Source: Pirellulales bacterium
GTDB lineage: Bacteria > Planctomycetota > Planctomycetia > Pirellulales > JAEUIK01
Length of the DNA: 64,000 nucleotides
Direction of reading: 5' to 3'
NCBI GenBank assembly: GCA_965227275.1
Contig: CBDDFU010000001.1
Coordinates: forward strand, 3,378,764-3,442,763
A model generated the notes under the pieces. It had not been told where the DNA came from. It ran no database searches and saw nothing but the letters and a program-made list of their open reading frames with translations. Shown here piece by piece: positions 18,695-27,200 of this stretch. The translations under genes were made by a program, and so were the position numbers. Every line of letters starts with the position of its first letter. The stretch's first letter is position 1.

Positions 18695-20743
18695 TCAGCT
18701 TACCGCTTCGCCCTGACTCACCCGGTTAGCGGAAGGGAATTCGAGTTTTACGCAGGTTCCCTCCCCCACATTACTCTCCACGGCAATCGTTCCGCCGTGC
18801 TCTTGCACGATGCCGTAGGAGATGGAAAGCCCCAGTCCTGTACCTCCTTCAGAGCGTCGCGTTGTGTAAAAGGGATCAAATAGCCGCTTCAGTTCGTCGG
18901 CAGGTATTCCGGCCCCATCGTCTTCCAGTAACAGAAGCACACGATCGTTGTCGTTTCTCGTGGTGAGGTCGACCGTGACTTCCTCATTCTTCGATTCCAA
19001 CGCGTTGCGAATGAGATTAATCAGCACTTGTTCCATTTCTGTCGAATTCAATAACACTTGATGCAGGTCGTCTTCCAGGTGTAGGCGCAATGTGGCCTTG
19101 CGACTGGAGACATACTTGCGGGCCAACGATTCCGCGCTTTGAACGACGTCATTCAAATTGCCCAAGGTCTTCTCCGTCGATGAGGGACGAGAAAAGGTCA
19201 GTACGTTCTTGACGATGCGACCGCATCGCAGGGCATCGTCGACAATCGAAAAAAGCTGCTTCTCAACCGCATCCACGTCCTTGGAACCTTCGATCTGCTT
19301 CTGGGCCAACTGCGCGGAGAGTAAGATCGAACCCACCGGGTTGTTGATTTCGTGTGCTACGCCAGCGGCGAGCGTGCCGATGACCGAGAGCCGATCGGAG
19401 TGTCGAAGCGCTTCGGCCGAGGCGCGTTGTTCGGTTATATCGGTGGCAACACCTCCGATGCGGTAAATATTTCCAGCGGCGTCCCGGATTGGGAACGTGC
19501 GATCTTGGATCCAGCGAATCGAACCATCCGGCAAGAGCAGCCGATACTCGGCTTGTATCCGCTCATACGGTTCGCGTTCGAATGCACTGCGAAACTTCTT
19601 CCGAACGTCCTCGCGGTCCTCGGGATGCACGGTTTCGAGCCACGCTTCCCGGTGTCTTGTGAGCTCGGTCGCGGATCTTCGCCACACTTTATTGCATGCC
19701 GGGCTTACGTAGAGAACTTTGCCGTCGCTTATGTCCTGAATCCAAACCACGGCATCGAAGTTTTCGGCCGTTTCGCGGAACCGACGTTCGCTTGCCCGAA
19801 GTTCAGCCTCGGCTTTTCGCCGTTCTTGTACCTCGCATTGCAATTGTTTGTTGGCCTCCACGAGTTCGGCCGTTCGCTCCTCGACTCGCCGCTCCAGTTC
19901 ATCTTGCATTCGGCGCCGATCGGTGACGTCGAGCACGGTGCCTAGCATTTCGACGGGAAGCCCGTCTTCGCCCATCTCGATGGTCCCGTCCGCGGAGATG
20001 ATTCGCTCCTCGCCGTCTCCGCGAATCAGGCGAAACTCGACCGAACGCGCGATGCCCGTGGCGTAGACTTCATCGGCAACGGCCCGCACCCGACTGTGAT
20101 CGGCGGGATGCACCATGCGGTCGATGGTGTCGAAGATCAATTCTGCAGGTGCGTCGGGGCTTAAGCCCAGGACCTTATACATTTGTCCGGACCAAACGGT
20201 CTCACCCGTTTCTCGTTTCCAACTCCAACTGCCCAGCCCGGCCACCGCTTGTGCCTCGGCGAGTCGCTCTTGGCTTTCCATCAGATCACGGTTTAGTTGT
20301 GCAAGTTTTTCTTCATGCCCTTTCGACTTCCAAGCTATCTGAGAGGAAGTGATCAATAGTGAAACTACCATGGCGAGAAACAGTGCAACCCCACCTTCCT
20401 GCAGCGAGTCTTGTAATACTTGCCGTAGTAGTCCGAAATCCAAGCCGGTCCAGGCCATGAGCGACTCGTGAACGATTGGCAACTCGTATGCCATACCCAA
20501 CGCGATGAGTACGATTGCCGCGATGATGAATCGAGTCGCGACACGATCGATACGGTACTTGAAGGCGATCCAAACCGCGGGACTAAAGACGAGGCAAATC
20601 GCAAAGAGGGTCGTGCCAAAGCGAATGGGAAAAAAGGCCACTTCCAGCAGAGCTAGGGCATTTGTAATCGCAAGGACGACAACACCCAGGAACACGCAGG
20701 CGATGGCCAGCCAGCGGTCTCGCTCAAAGTAGATGTTGCTCAT
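18695..20743 (-). CDS. Membrane-bound PAS-domain sensor histidine kinase
   Basis: 682 aa from ATG 20743 (the ORF-track start at 20833 is a TTG). About five N-terminal TM helices and two PAS-like regions. H-box AGVAHEINNPVGSI, N-box LINLIRNALES, G-boxes DDGAGIP and GTGLGLSISYGIVQEHGG. Confidence 0.85.
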   Translation of the reverse strand: MSNIYFERDRWLAIACVFLGVVVLAITNALALLEVAFFPIRFGTTLFAICLVFSPAVWIAFKYRIDRVATRFIIAAIVLIALGMAYELPIVHESLMAWTGLDFGLLRQVLQDSLQEGGVALFLAMVVSLLITSSQIAWKSKGHEEKLAQLNRDLMESQERLAEAQAVAGLGSWSWKRETGETVWSGQMYKVLGLSPDAPAELIFDTIDRMVHPADHSRVRAVADEVYATGIARSVEFRLIRGDGEERIISADGTIEMGEDGLPVEMLGTVLDVTDRRRMQDELERRVEERTAELVEANKQLQCEVQERRKAEAELRASERRFRETAENFDAVVWIQDISDGKVLYVSPACNKVWRRSATELTRHREAWLETVHPEDREDVRKKFRSAFEREPYERIQAEYRLLLPDGSIRWIQDRTFPIRDAAGNIYRIGGVATDITEQRASAEALRHSDRLSVIGTLAAGVAHEINNPVGSILLSAQLAQKQIEGSKDVDAVEKQLFSIVDDALRCGRIVKNVLTFSRPSSTEKTLGNLNDVVQSAESLARKYVSSRKATLRLHLEDDLHQVLLNSTEMEQVLINLIRNALESKNEEVTVDLTTRNDNDRVLLLLEDDGAGIPADELKRLFDPFYTTRRSEGGTGLGLSISYGIVQEHGGTIAVESNVGEGTCVKLEFPSANRVSQGEAVS

Positions 20744-20851
20744 CGTCGGGCTCCCTCGTCTTGATGCATCCGCGACGCTCGAAGATCGTAGACTGTTCGA
20801 GTTTGGTACTTGCACTTCAAGACTTTGTACCAAGCTCAGGCGGGCGGTTTA

Positions 20852-23800
20852 CTACGGTGCCATTTTAGCCGTGAAGTCTTGCTGCTGCTTGGATTCGGGA
20901 GCGAATTCTGTACCGGAGTCAGCACCTTCGACATGCTCGGGCGAAGTGACCCGTAGCAGCCAGTCGATGCGTTCAGCATCGATCGTCCCTTTGTTCAGCT
21001 CTTGGGACACTGCCGATACGACTCGCGTGCGGATTTGCTCCGCATTCAGCGGTTCGACTTCGTTTAAGTACTGGTGTTCGCGGAAGTACTCTTCCAGCCC
21101 CTCGATCGCGGTTGCCGGCATCCGCTTCACCTGCTTGTTCCGCAGGGCTTCGACAAGTGCCTTGGCGTCGCCTTGCAGTCGTTTGGAGAGGTTGGCCACT
21201 TCTTCGATCCAACGAGGCTTCAGCCCGCTCTCTTGCAACACTGCTCGATCGGCGGGGCGCCCGCGCCCGATTTGCCAGGCCGTGCACAACGCCTCCAACA
21301 CACGTTGCGAAGCGGTGGCTTTGGCAAAGATCTGGTCGTCCATCCCTTCGAGCAGGAAACCTCCCCGCGCGGCGAGCGCTTCGAGTTGCCCCCAATTGTT
21401 GATCCCCAGTTTGAGCAATGCGTAGAGCGCTTGAGTGTCATCGATGAAATACCAAAGGTGCGTTCCGCCCAGGGGGCGGAATGGATCGAAGCCGGGAACC
21501 CCCAGCAGTCCGCGGTACGCCCACAAGTCGTGGTCTGCGGGCGATGGAATCGAAATCGGCTCGGGCATTCGCGGAAGTTCAACCGGTGGGATACGCTCTT
21601 GTTCTGAAAATCCGCGACGCTCGGCAAGATCGACCAACTCGAGAGGTACATCCGGATACTTGTCCTGTAGCACGGCTCGCCATTTCGCTACTTCATCCCA
21701 CTGGGCGGTGAGGTAGAAGAGTTGCCGTCCGTCGCGACAAAGCTCGACGGCCGCGTCGATAATCTCACCGGCTCTACGTTCGTCGCTGTTGCCCAGCGTC
21801 TCGTCAAAGATCAAGGGCAACCTCGGGCCTAGCTCTTGCTGTTCGATAAACGCCACGCGAACCGCCAGTAGCAGCTGCAGCCTAGTCCCGCTGGAGAGTT
21901 CGTCCAGGGGTTGCCCTCGTCCCGTGGCAGTATCGATGGCCCGAAGTCGGGGAGGATCGCCCTGGTCGACATCCAACTGGTATCGCCCGTGGGTGATGCG
22001 AACGAATGCGTCTTGTGCCTTGCGGAAAACTGGCGGACGATCGCGTTCGCGTTGCTGTTCCTTGAGATAGCTGGCCAGCAAGTTGCCGACCATCGCGGCC
22101 TTGTCTTCCTCGCGTCGCGCTCGGAGCTGCGATTTTTGCTCGTCCAGCTCCGCGAGGGCCGTTTCCAGGTCGTGCTGCTTCTTCGCCAATTCGACTTGTT
22201 TTTCGATGGCCCCGATCTGTTGATCGATTTCCGTGGCACCCTCGGCAATCTGCTCGGCTGCGCCACGCTCTGCGAGCAGCGCTTCGCGACTCTTCTCTTT
22301 CCAGTCGTCAAGGTCAGCCAATGCCTCGGCGGCCGCATCATGATGGCCACGAGCAAAGTCGAGGTTTTGTTTGCACTTCAGATAATCGCTGCGGGTCTCC
22401 ACCCACTGGCGAAGTTGCGGCTCATCGTCGGGGGTGAGGCCAACTTTTTTGAAGACCTCCTCTTCGGCTTGTTGTTGATTGCCCAACTTGTCGTCGATGG
22501 CCGCGATTTGTTCGGTACAGTTTTCCACAACGGGTGTCGCGGTGGCGACCTGCTGCTGGCGAGCGGCCAACGTTTCGATGGTCGGCCCCAGTTTTTCAGA
22601 GGACAAACCTTCATCGCACCCTACTGCAGCCAAACCGTTACGGAGTTCCTGCAGCAACGATGCCATGGCGGACTGGCTCTCCTGAAGCTCGTGTTCGGCT
22701 GCCAGTCGCGTGCGGTGCGCTCGTTGCCATTCGCACAGGTTGCTGGCCCAAACCGCAAGAAACGTGGGGTCATCTTCGGCAATAGGCGGGCGAACGGTTC
22801 GTGACGACAGGGCGTTCCATTGCTCCTCGAGCTCGCGGCCTTCCCGAGTGAGTTGCCGCTGCTCGTCTTCAAGTTCTCGACGGCGTGTTGCTCGTTGCTG
22901 ATTGATGGTCGCCGCATTGAACGTGTGTTGCAGTTCGTGGCGATGTTTGCGAACCGACTCCGGGGTCCAGGTATTGGGCTGTGGAACCCCGATCGCGCTC
23001 ACCTGGCGTTCGAGCCGTTCGCGTTCATCGATCGATATCTGTTCCAGGTACCTGGCCAGTAACCGTTGGGCCAGCGGAAGCACGACGGCCAGGGTGGCAC
23101 CGATGATCCAGTGTTGATGCCACAACAATACACCTACCAACCCCAACGCCAAAGCCGCCAGAACCCAGGTCGTGAACCTGCCGGCTCGCAGCACACTGGG
23201 CGAGGGTTCAATCAGCGTCAACCATTGATCGAGCAGCGAGCATGCTTCGCGCAAGTCCTCGGGCGAGGCGTCTGCTTCATCGACGGTCAGCAGGCGGATC
23301 GCCTCGGCGTTCTTCTGGCGATTCACCTGCCATGTGGTCCAGCGGCGAGCGTAACCTGACATTTCGGCCACCACCCCGGCGTCGATCGCTTGCAGTTCTT
23401 CGCTGATGCCCGGTTCGCCAAAGAATCGAGCCGCTTCATCCTCCACGGTTCGTTGTTCGGTCGCCTTCAAGCTGGCGGCTTCTTCGCGAGCCTGCAGTTC
23501 ATCCAGTCGGCGAAGTGTGTTTCGCCAACCGCCAATCTGCTCGACCGAAAGCGACTCGGGCGCGAGATCCGCGGCTTCAATTGCCCGGCGAGCCTCGGAT
23601 AAACGGACTTGCAACTGTTGCTTTTCCTCTTCCAGCGAAGCACGACGCTGCCGCAACTCGTTCAGGCGTTCGATCTCTTGCCCGCCGATGCTTTGGAGCT
23701 GTTTTGGGAACGCATCGACGGCCAGGGTTGCCTCGCGAAGCTTCTCGCTCGCCTCCAGATAATCTTCGGCTTTGCTGATCACGGCCAGTCGTTGCTGGGC

Positions 23801-24409
23801 GTTCATCGCATCTTGTTTCTGGCGGCGTAACTCCCCGAGCTGCGCGGCCTGGGATTCCAATTCCCGCTGTCGTTGGCGAATCTCGTGAACTTGCTGCCGG
23901 GCTTCGTTGACCGCATCTTTGAATCGTTTCGATTTGCGTGCCCGTGGGCTGGGGGCGAACTCCAGCTTTTCTGCCGCCGCGGCAATGTCGTAGCCGCCAG
24001 CCGACTCTCGCAGGATTTGTTCCGCAAAGCCGTGAGCACCTTCTTGCTCATCCTGCAACAAATCGTGCAGGGCAAGCACGTAACGATCAGCGCTGTCCAA
24101 CGAGGTCGTCAGTGGGGGATCGACATCGCGTCCCTCCTGTTGGCAACTCACCCGACCATGATCAATCTCAATCGCCAGCAAGGCTCCCTGGACGTTTACC
24201 GTGCCGGCAATCGAGATATGACGGAGAGCGTCGGGGTCGCGCCACAAAAGGTGCCGCAGCGCGAGGCCGAAGGTGGTTTTCCCGGCCGCATTGGGCCCGT
24301 ATATGATGTTCACCCCCGGTGACAGTCGCGGCACGTCAAACCCGTCGTCGTGAAAGCCTAGCAGGCGTCGAATCTTGGCCGACGTGAAGTGCAACTGAGG
24401 CTCGTTCAT
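20852..24409 (-). CDS. SMC/SbcC-like (YhaN-type) ATPase with internal membrane hairpin and C-terminal extension
   Basis: 1185-aa ORF. Walker A YGPNAAGKTT and long Q/E/R/L-rich coiled-coil segments. Two adjacent hydrophobic helices (FTTWVLAALALGLVGVLLW / IIGATLAVVLPLA). Signature-like LSSGTRLQLLLA and Walker B LPLIFDETLGNSD. About 265 further aa have no motif I recognise. Confidence 0.75.
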   Translation of the reverse strand: MNEPQLHFTSAKIRRLLGFHDDGFDVPRLSPGVNIIYGPNAAGKTTFGLALRHLLWRDPDALRHISIAGTVNVQGALLAIEIDHGRVSCQQEGRDVDPPLTTSLDSADRYVLALHDLLQDEQEGAHGFAEQILRESAGGYDIAAAAEKLEFAPSPRARKSKRFKDAVNEARQQVHEIRQRQRELESQAAQLGELRRQKQDAMNAQQRLAVISKAEDYLEASEKLREATLAVDAFPKQLQSIGGQEIERLNELRQRRASLEEEKQQLQVRLSEARRAIEAADLAPESLSVEQIGGWRNTLRRLDELQAREEAASLKATEQRTVEDEAARFFGEPGISEELQAIDAGVVAEMSGYARRWTTWQVNRQKNAEAIRLLTVDEADASPEDLREACSLLDQWLTLIEPSPSVLRAGRFTTWVLAALALGLVGVLLWHQHWIIGATLAVVLPLAQRLLARYLEQISIDERERLERQVSAIGVPQPNTWTPESVRKHRHELQHTFNAATINQQRATRRRELEDEQRQLTREGRELEEQWNALSSRTVRPPIAEDDPTFLAVWASNLCEWQRAHRTRLAAEHELQESQSAMASLLQELRNGLAAVGCDEGLSSEKLGPTIETLAARQQQVATATPVVENCTEQIAAIDDKLGNQQQAEEEVFKKVGLTPDDEPQLRQWVETRSDYLKCKQNLDFARGHHDAAAEALADLDDWKEKSREALLAERGAAEQIAEGATEIDQQIGAIEKQVELAKKQHDLETALAELDEQKSQLRARREEDKAAMVGNLLASYLKEQQRERDRPPVFRKAQDAFVRITHGRYQLDVDQGDPPRLRAIDTATGRGQPLDELSSGTRLQLLLAVRVAFIEQQELGPRLPLIFDETLGNSDERRAGEIIDAAVELCRDGRQLFYLTAQWDEVAKWRAVLQDKYPDVPLELVDLAERRGFSEQERIPPVELPRMPEPISIPSPADHDLWAYRGLLGVPGFDPFRPLGGTHLWYFIDDTQALYALLKLGINNWGQLEALAARGGFLLEGMDDQIFAKATASQRVLEALCTAWQIGRGRPADRAVLQESGLKPRWIEEVANLSKRLQGDAKALVEALRNKQVKRMPATAIEGLEEYFREHQYLNEVEPLNAEQIRTRVVSAVSQELNKGTIDAERIDWLLRVTSPEHVEGADSGTEFAPESKQQQDFTAKMAP

Positions 24410-25689
24410 GGCTGCTCCCTCTGTGCGATGAGGGAATCCAACAAAGCCATCCCCTGTTGAAAGAGTAGTTGCCGAGCTTCTTCCTTGGACGGGGTCTCGT
24501 CGGCGACCGCCACGTACACGTGCGATTGCTGCGCCTCGTCGATCGCCTCCAGGGCCTGTTGCATCAAGGTTTGAGCGGGACCGGCGTCCGAGTCAGACTC
24601 CAACTCCAACAACAACTTGGCCAGGGTGCCCGGGGGATCACTTCCACGAGCCAGGTCCTCGAGATCGATGGCCAGGCGTGTATCGATCATGTTCTTCTCT
24701 ACGGTGCCGATTGCGTTGCCCACCGGCAGTGAAAAATCGGCGTCGATCTCGTTGACGAACTCCTGCAAACGGCCGTGGCAATCGGTGCGTCCCGTGAGAC
24801 GGACCCGCCAGATGACGAATTCGAGCGAAGGGGCGTTCTCGGTCAACTCGCTCAGCCGGTTCTTCAGGCTTTGAATGTATTGCCGTTGGAATTCGGACTT
24901 CTCTTTGACGTCGGTCAGATCGATGTCAACAACGTCATAACAAACTCGCGACAGCGGCAGTTGCGAGAAGCTCGGTTTGGTGCCGGCTTCGATCTCAATG
25001 AGCCAAGGGCCATGCACTCCCGTCTCTCCGGGATCCATGGCCTGGGGCGACCCGGGATAGAGGATCGCCGCACCCTTCGCGTTATCGACCAGCTGGGGCG
25101 CGTGCACATGACCCAAGAGCCAGGCCGCCACCGGGTGGGATTGCAGTTTTTGTGAAGCCAAGGGGGCATACACACTCTGCGGCACATCGAGATCGCCGTG
25201 CACCAGTGCGAAGGTTGGCACTTCGCTGGAACGTATGCTCGGCAGGTCGTCCACCGGGTCGGTCTGCACGTGTTCCTGCGGAAACGACCAGCCCAGGAAA
25301 TTCACGACCGGACGTCCTTCGATTCGCAGCTCGGCTGTTTCCCAAGTTCCATTGCGACCCAGCAGGTGGAACTTCTCGGCGTCCAGCGTATCGGCCAGCC
25401 TGGGAAGCACGTCGAAGTCGTGATTCCCCGAAACGGCAAACGTCTCGATCCCTGCCTGAGCCAGCTCGTTCAAACCCCGTTCGAGCGGCCCGATGGCTTC
25501 GAAGAAACGGTTTTCGCGATCGACCACGTCGCCGGTCAGCACCACGGCATCGACAGGGCGTCTCAAGGCAGTCTCGACGATCGAATCCCACATCGCGGCA
25601 CAGGAACAATTTCCTGCCGCTTCGCTGGAGCTCAGTCGAGTTGGTCGGCGGCCTATGTGTAGATCGCCGGTACACAATAGCGTGGTCAT
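24406..25689 (-). CDS. Metallophosphoesterase, SbcD/Mre11 (YhaO-like) nuclease family
   Basis: 427-aa ORF. Calcineurin-like phosphoesterase motifs GDLHIG, LTGDVVD, SGNHD, LVHG, LGHVH. The stop overlaps the downstream ATPase start (ATGA). Confidence 0.8.
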   Translation of the reverse strand: MTTLLCTGDLHIGRRPTRLSSSEAAGNCSCAAMWDSIVETALRRPVDAVVLTGDVVDRENRFFEAIGPLERGLNELAQAGIETFAVSGNHDFDVLPRLADTLDAEKFHLLGRNGTWETAELRIEGRPVVNFLGWSFPQEHVQTDPVDDLPSIRSSEVPTFALVHGDLDVPQSVYAPLASQKLQSHPVAAWLLGHVHAPQLVDNAKGAAILYPGSPQAMDPGETGVHGPWLIEIEAGTKPSFSQLPLSRVCYDVVDIDLTDVKEKSEFQRQYIQSLKNRLSELTENAPSLEFVIWRVRLTGRTDCHGRLQEFVNEIDADFSLPVGNAIGTVEKNMIDTRLAIDLEDLARGSDPPGTLAKLLLELESDSDAGPAQTLMQQALEAIDEAQQSHVYVAVADETPSKEEARQLLFQQGMALLDSLIAQREQP

Positions 25690-25974
25690 CCGTGGTTTCG
25701 CTCAGTACTCGTCCGTTCGGCAAGCATCGTCCGTAAGAAGTCAATTACTTTGCGATGCCGCAGCAAATAGCAAAACGACGCCCATCAGGGTACCGCAGCA
25801 CCGCTTGGGGCTCAAATCGGCCAGTGCGTAACTAGATTTCTGCCGTCACTTCGGATCCTGGCCAGCGTCATCCTCGGGCGGTAGTGCCATTGCTTGCGTC
25901 GCGGGGAACCTATTGATGAGAATCCTGCGCACGTGGTCCTTCGAGAAACTTACTCTGCTTGGTAACGGCGTGAC

Positions 25975-26619
25975 GTGGCGACTTCCGTAGATCTCAACGC
26001 GAATCAGTGGCAGGTCGTCGAACGGTGGCAGGAATACGGTGCGGAGGCGCGTGCCAACCTATTGAGAGTGGTTGGGGTCGGAACGTTCTACATCATCGAA
26101 CTTCTCAACCACTACGGGCTCAGCCTCGGGGTCCTGGAGTTACCGCCGGTCGAAGGTGTTGATCGACCCTTTCATCTTGCGGTTACTTCATTAGCAGCAA
26201 TCTGGGCTGCGTTAGCCGTTGCCATCCATCTCTGTTTGCGTCAGAGGATTTTTCCCTGGTACTTGAAGTTCGTTTCGACGGGATGCGACCTGATATTGCT
26301 GACGTCGATTCTGATGGTCGCCGATGGCCCCAGTAGCCCTTTAATTGTTGGCTACCTGTTGGTAATCACTCTGGCGGCACTGCGATTGAGCTTACCGCTG
26401 ATCTGGTTTTCAACCCTGGGGGCGATGACGGGCTACTTGGTGCTGTGTGGCTATGCACGCTGGTTCACCGATCGTGCCATTGACGTTCCCCGGTATTACC
26501 AATTCATTTTCTTGTTGGCACTTGCCTTATCCGGCGTGGCCTTGGGGCAATTGATTCGTCGCTTGCCTCAAATTGCCGCGGATTATGCGACACGAATTGA
26601 GGGGCACTCTGACGATTAG
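25975..26619 (+). CDS. Hypothetical polytopic membrane protein
   Basis: 214-aa ORF with GTG start and about five predicted TM helices. No catalytic motif recognised. Confidence 0.5.
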   Translation: MATSVDLNANQWQVVERWQEYGAEARANLLRVVGVGTFYIIELLNHYGLSLGVLELPPVEGVDRPFHLAVTSLAAIWAALAVAIHLCLRQRIFPWYLKFVSTGCDLILLTSILMVADGPSSPLIVGYLLVITLAALRLSLPLIWFSTLGAMTGYLVLCGYARWFTDRAIDVPRYYQFIFLLALALSGVALGQLIRRLPQIAADYATRIEGHSDD

Positions 26620-26679
26620 GAGTGTGTGAAATGAATCCCGCTGGAAATCCTTAGCAAGGGGCGCAAGCAGCCGACTGAG

Positions 26680-27171
26680 ATGAACGATTCGCCGACCGAA
26701 ATTGCTGCCGGAAGATATCGCTGCCCAACCTGCGGCGCGATGAACCAGACTTCGGCGCACCCGTCCAACGTGCTGAAGTGCTGGCTCTGCACACATTCCT
26801 TCACCCGCGACGGCACCAAAGTCGCCGACAACGCGGTTGCTGAACCGAGGAACCCTCTTGAAAAGCAGGGCGTGACGTTCGGGCTCACGACGTTGATGTT
26901 GATCGTCACGATGGCCGCCATCGGGTTCGGGATCTTTCGTAGTGCACCCGGCTTGGGGATTCTGTTCTTCGTCCTTCTTACTCCGGCACTCGTACGAGCC
27001 CAGATCATCACCATGCGGCAACGAGAGCTGGGGGTGGCCCAGTCGGTGATCGAAGTATTTGCGACATTTGTCGTCTCACTCGGGGTGACCATGTTTGTGT
27101 TGGGTCTCGTGCTAATTGCTGGTGTGATCGCGTTCGTCGGGACGTGCTTCTATGCGTTTTCTCAATTCTGA
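26680..27171 (+). CDS. Hypothetical zinc-ribbon membrane protein
   Basis: 163-aa ORF. N-terminal CPTCG...(17 aa)...CWLC zinc-ribbon pattern followed by three hydrophobic helices. Confidence 0.5.
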   Translation: MNDSPTEIAAGRYRCPTCGAMNQTSAHPSNVLKCWLCTHSFTRDGTKVADNAVAEPRNPLEKQGVTFGLTTLMLIVTMAAIGFGIFRSAPGLGILFFVLLTPALVRAQIITMRQRELGVAQSVIEVFATFVVSLGVTMFVLGLVLIAGVIAFVGTCFYAFSQF

Positions 27172-27200
27172 ATCGTCCAAAACTCCGAAGGATCCCCGGC

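Noticed and set aside
25975-26619. Polytopic membrane protein considered as the missing exosortase for the PEP-CTERM proteins.
   Set aside because: It is too short (214 aa, about 5 TM), I see no conserved Cys/Arg/His exosortase pattern, and it is 30 kb away in a different gene cluster.
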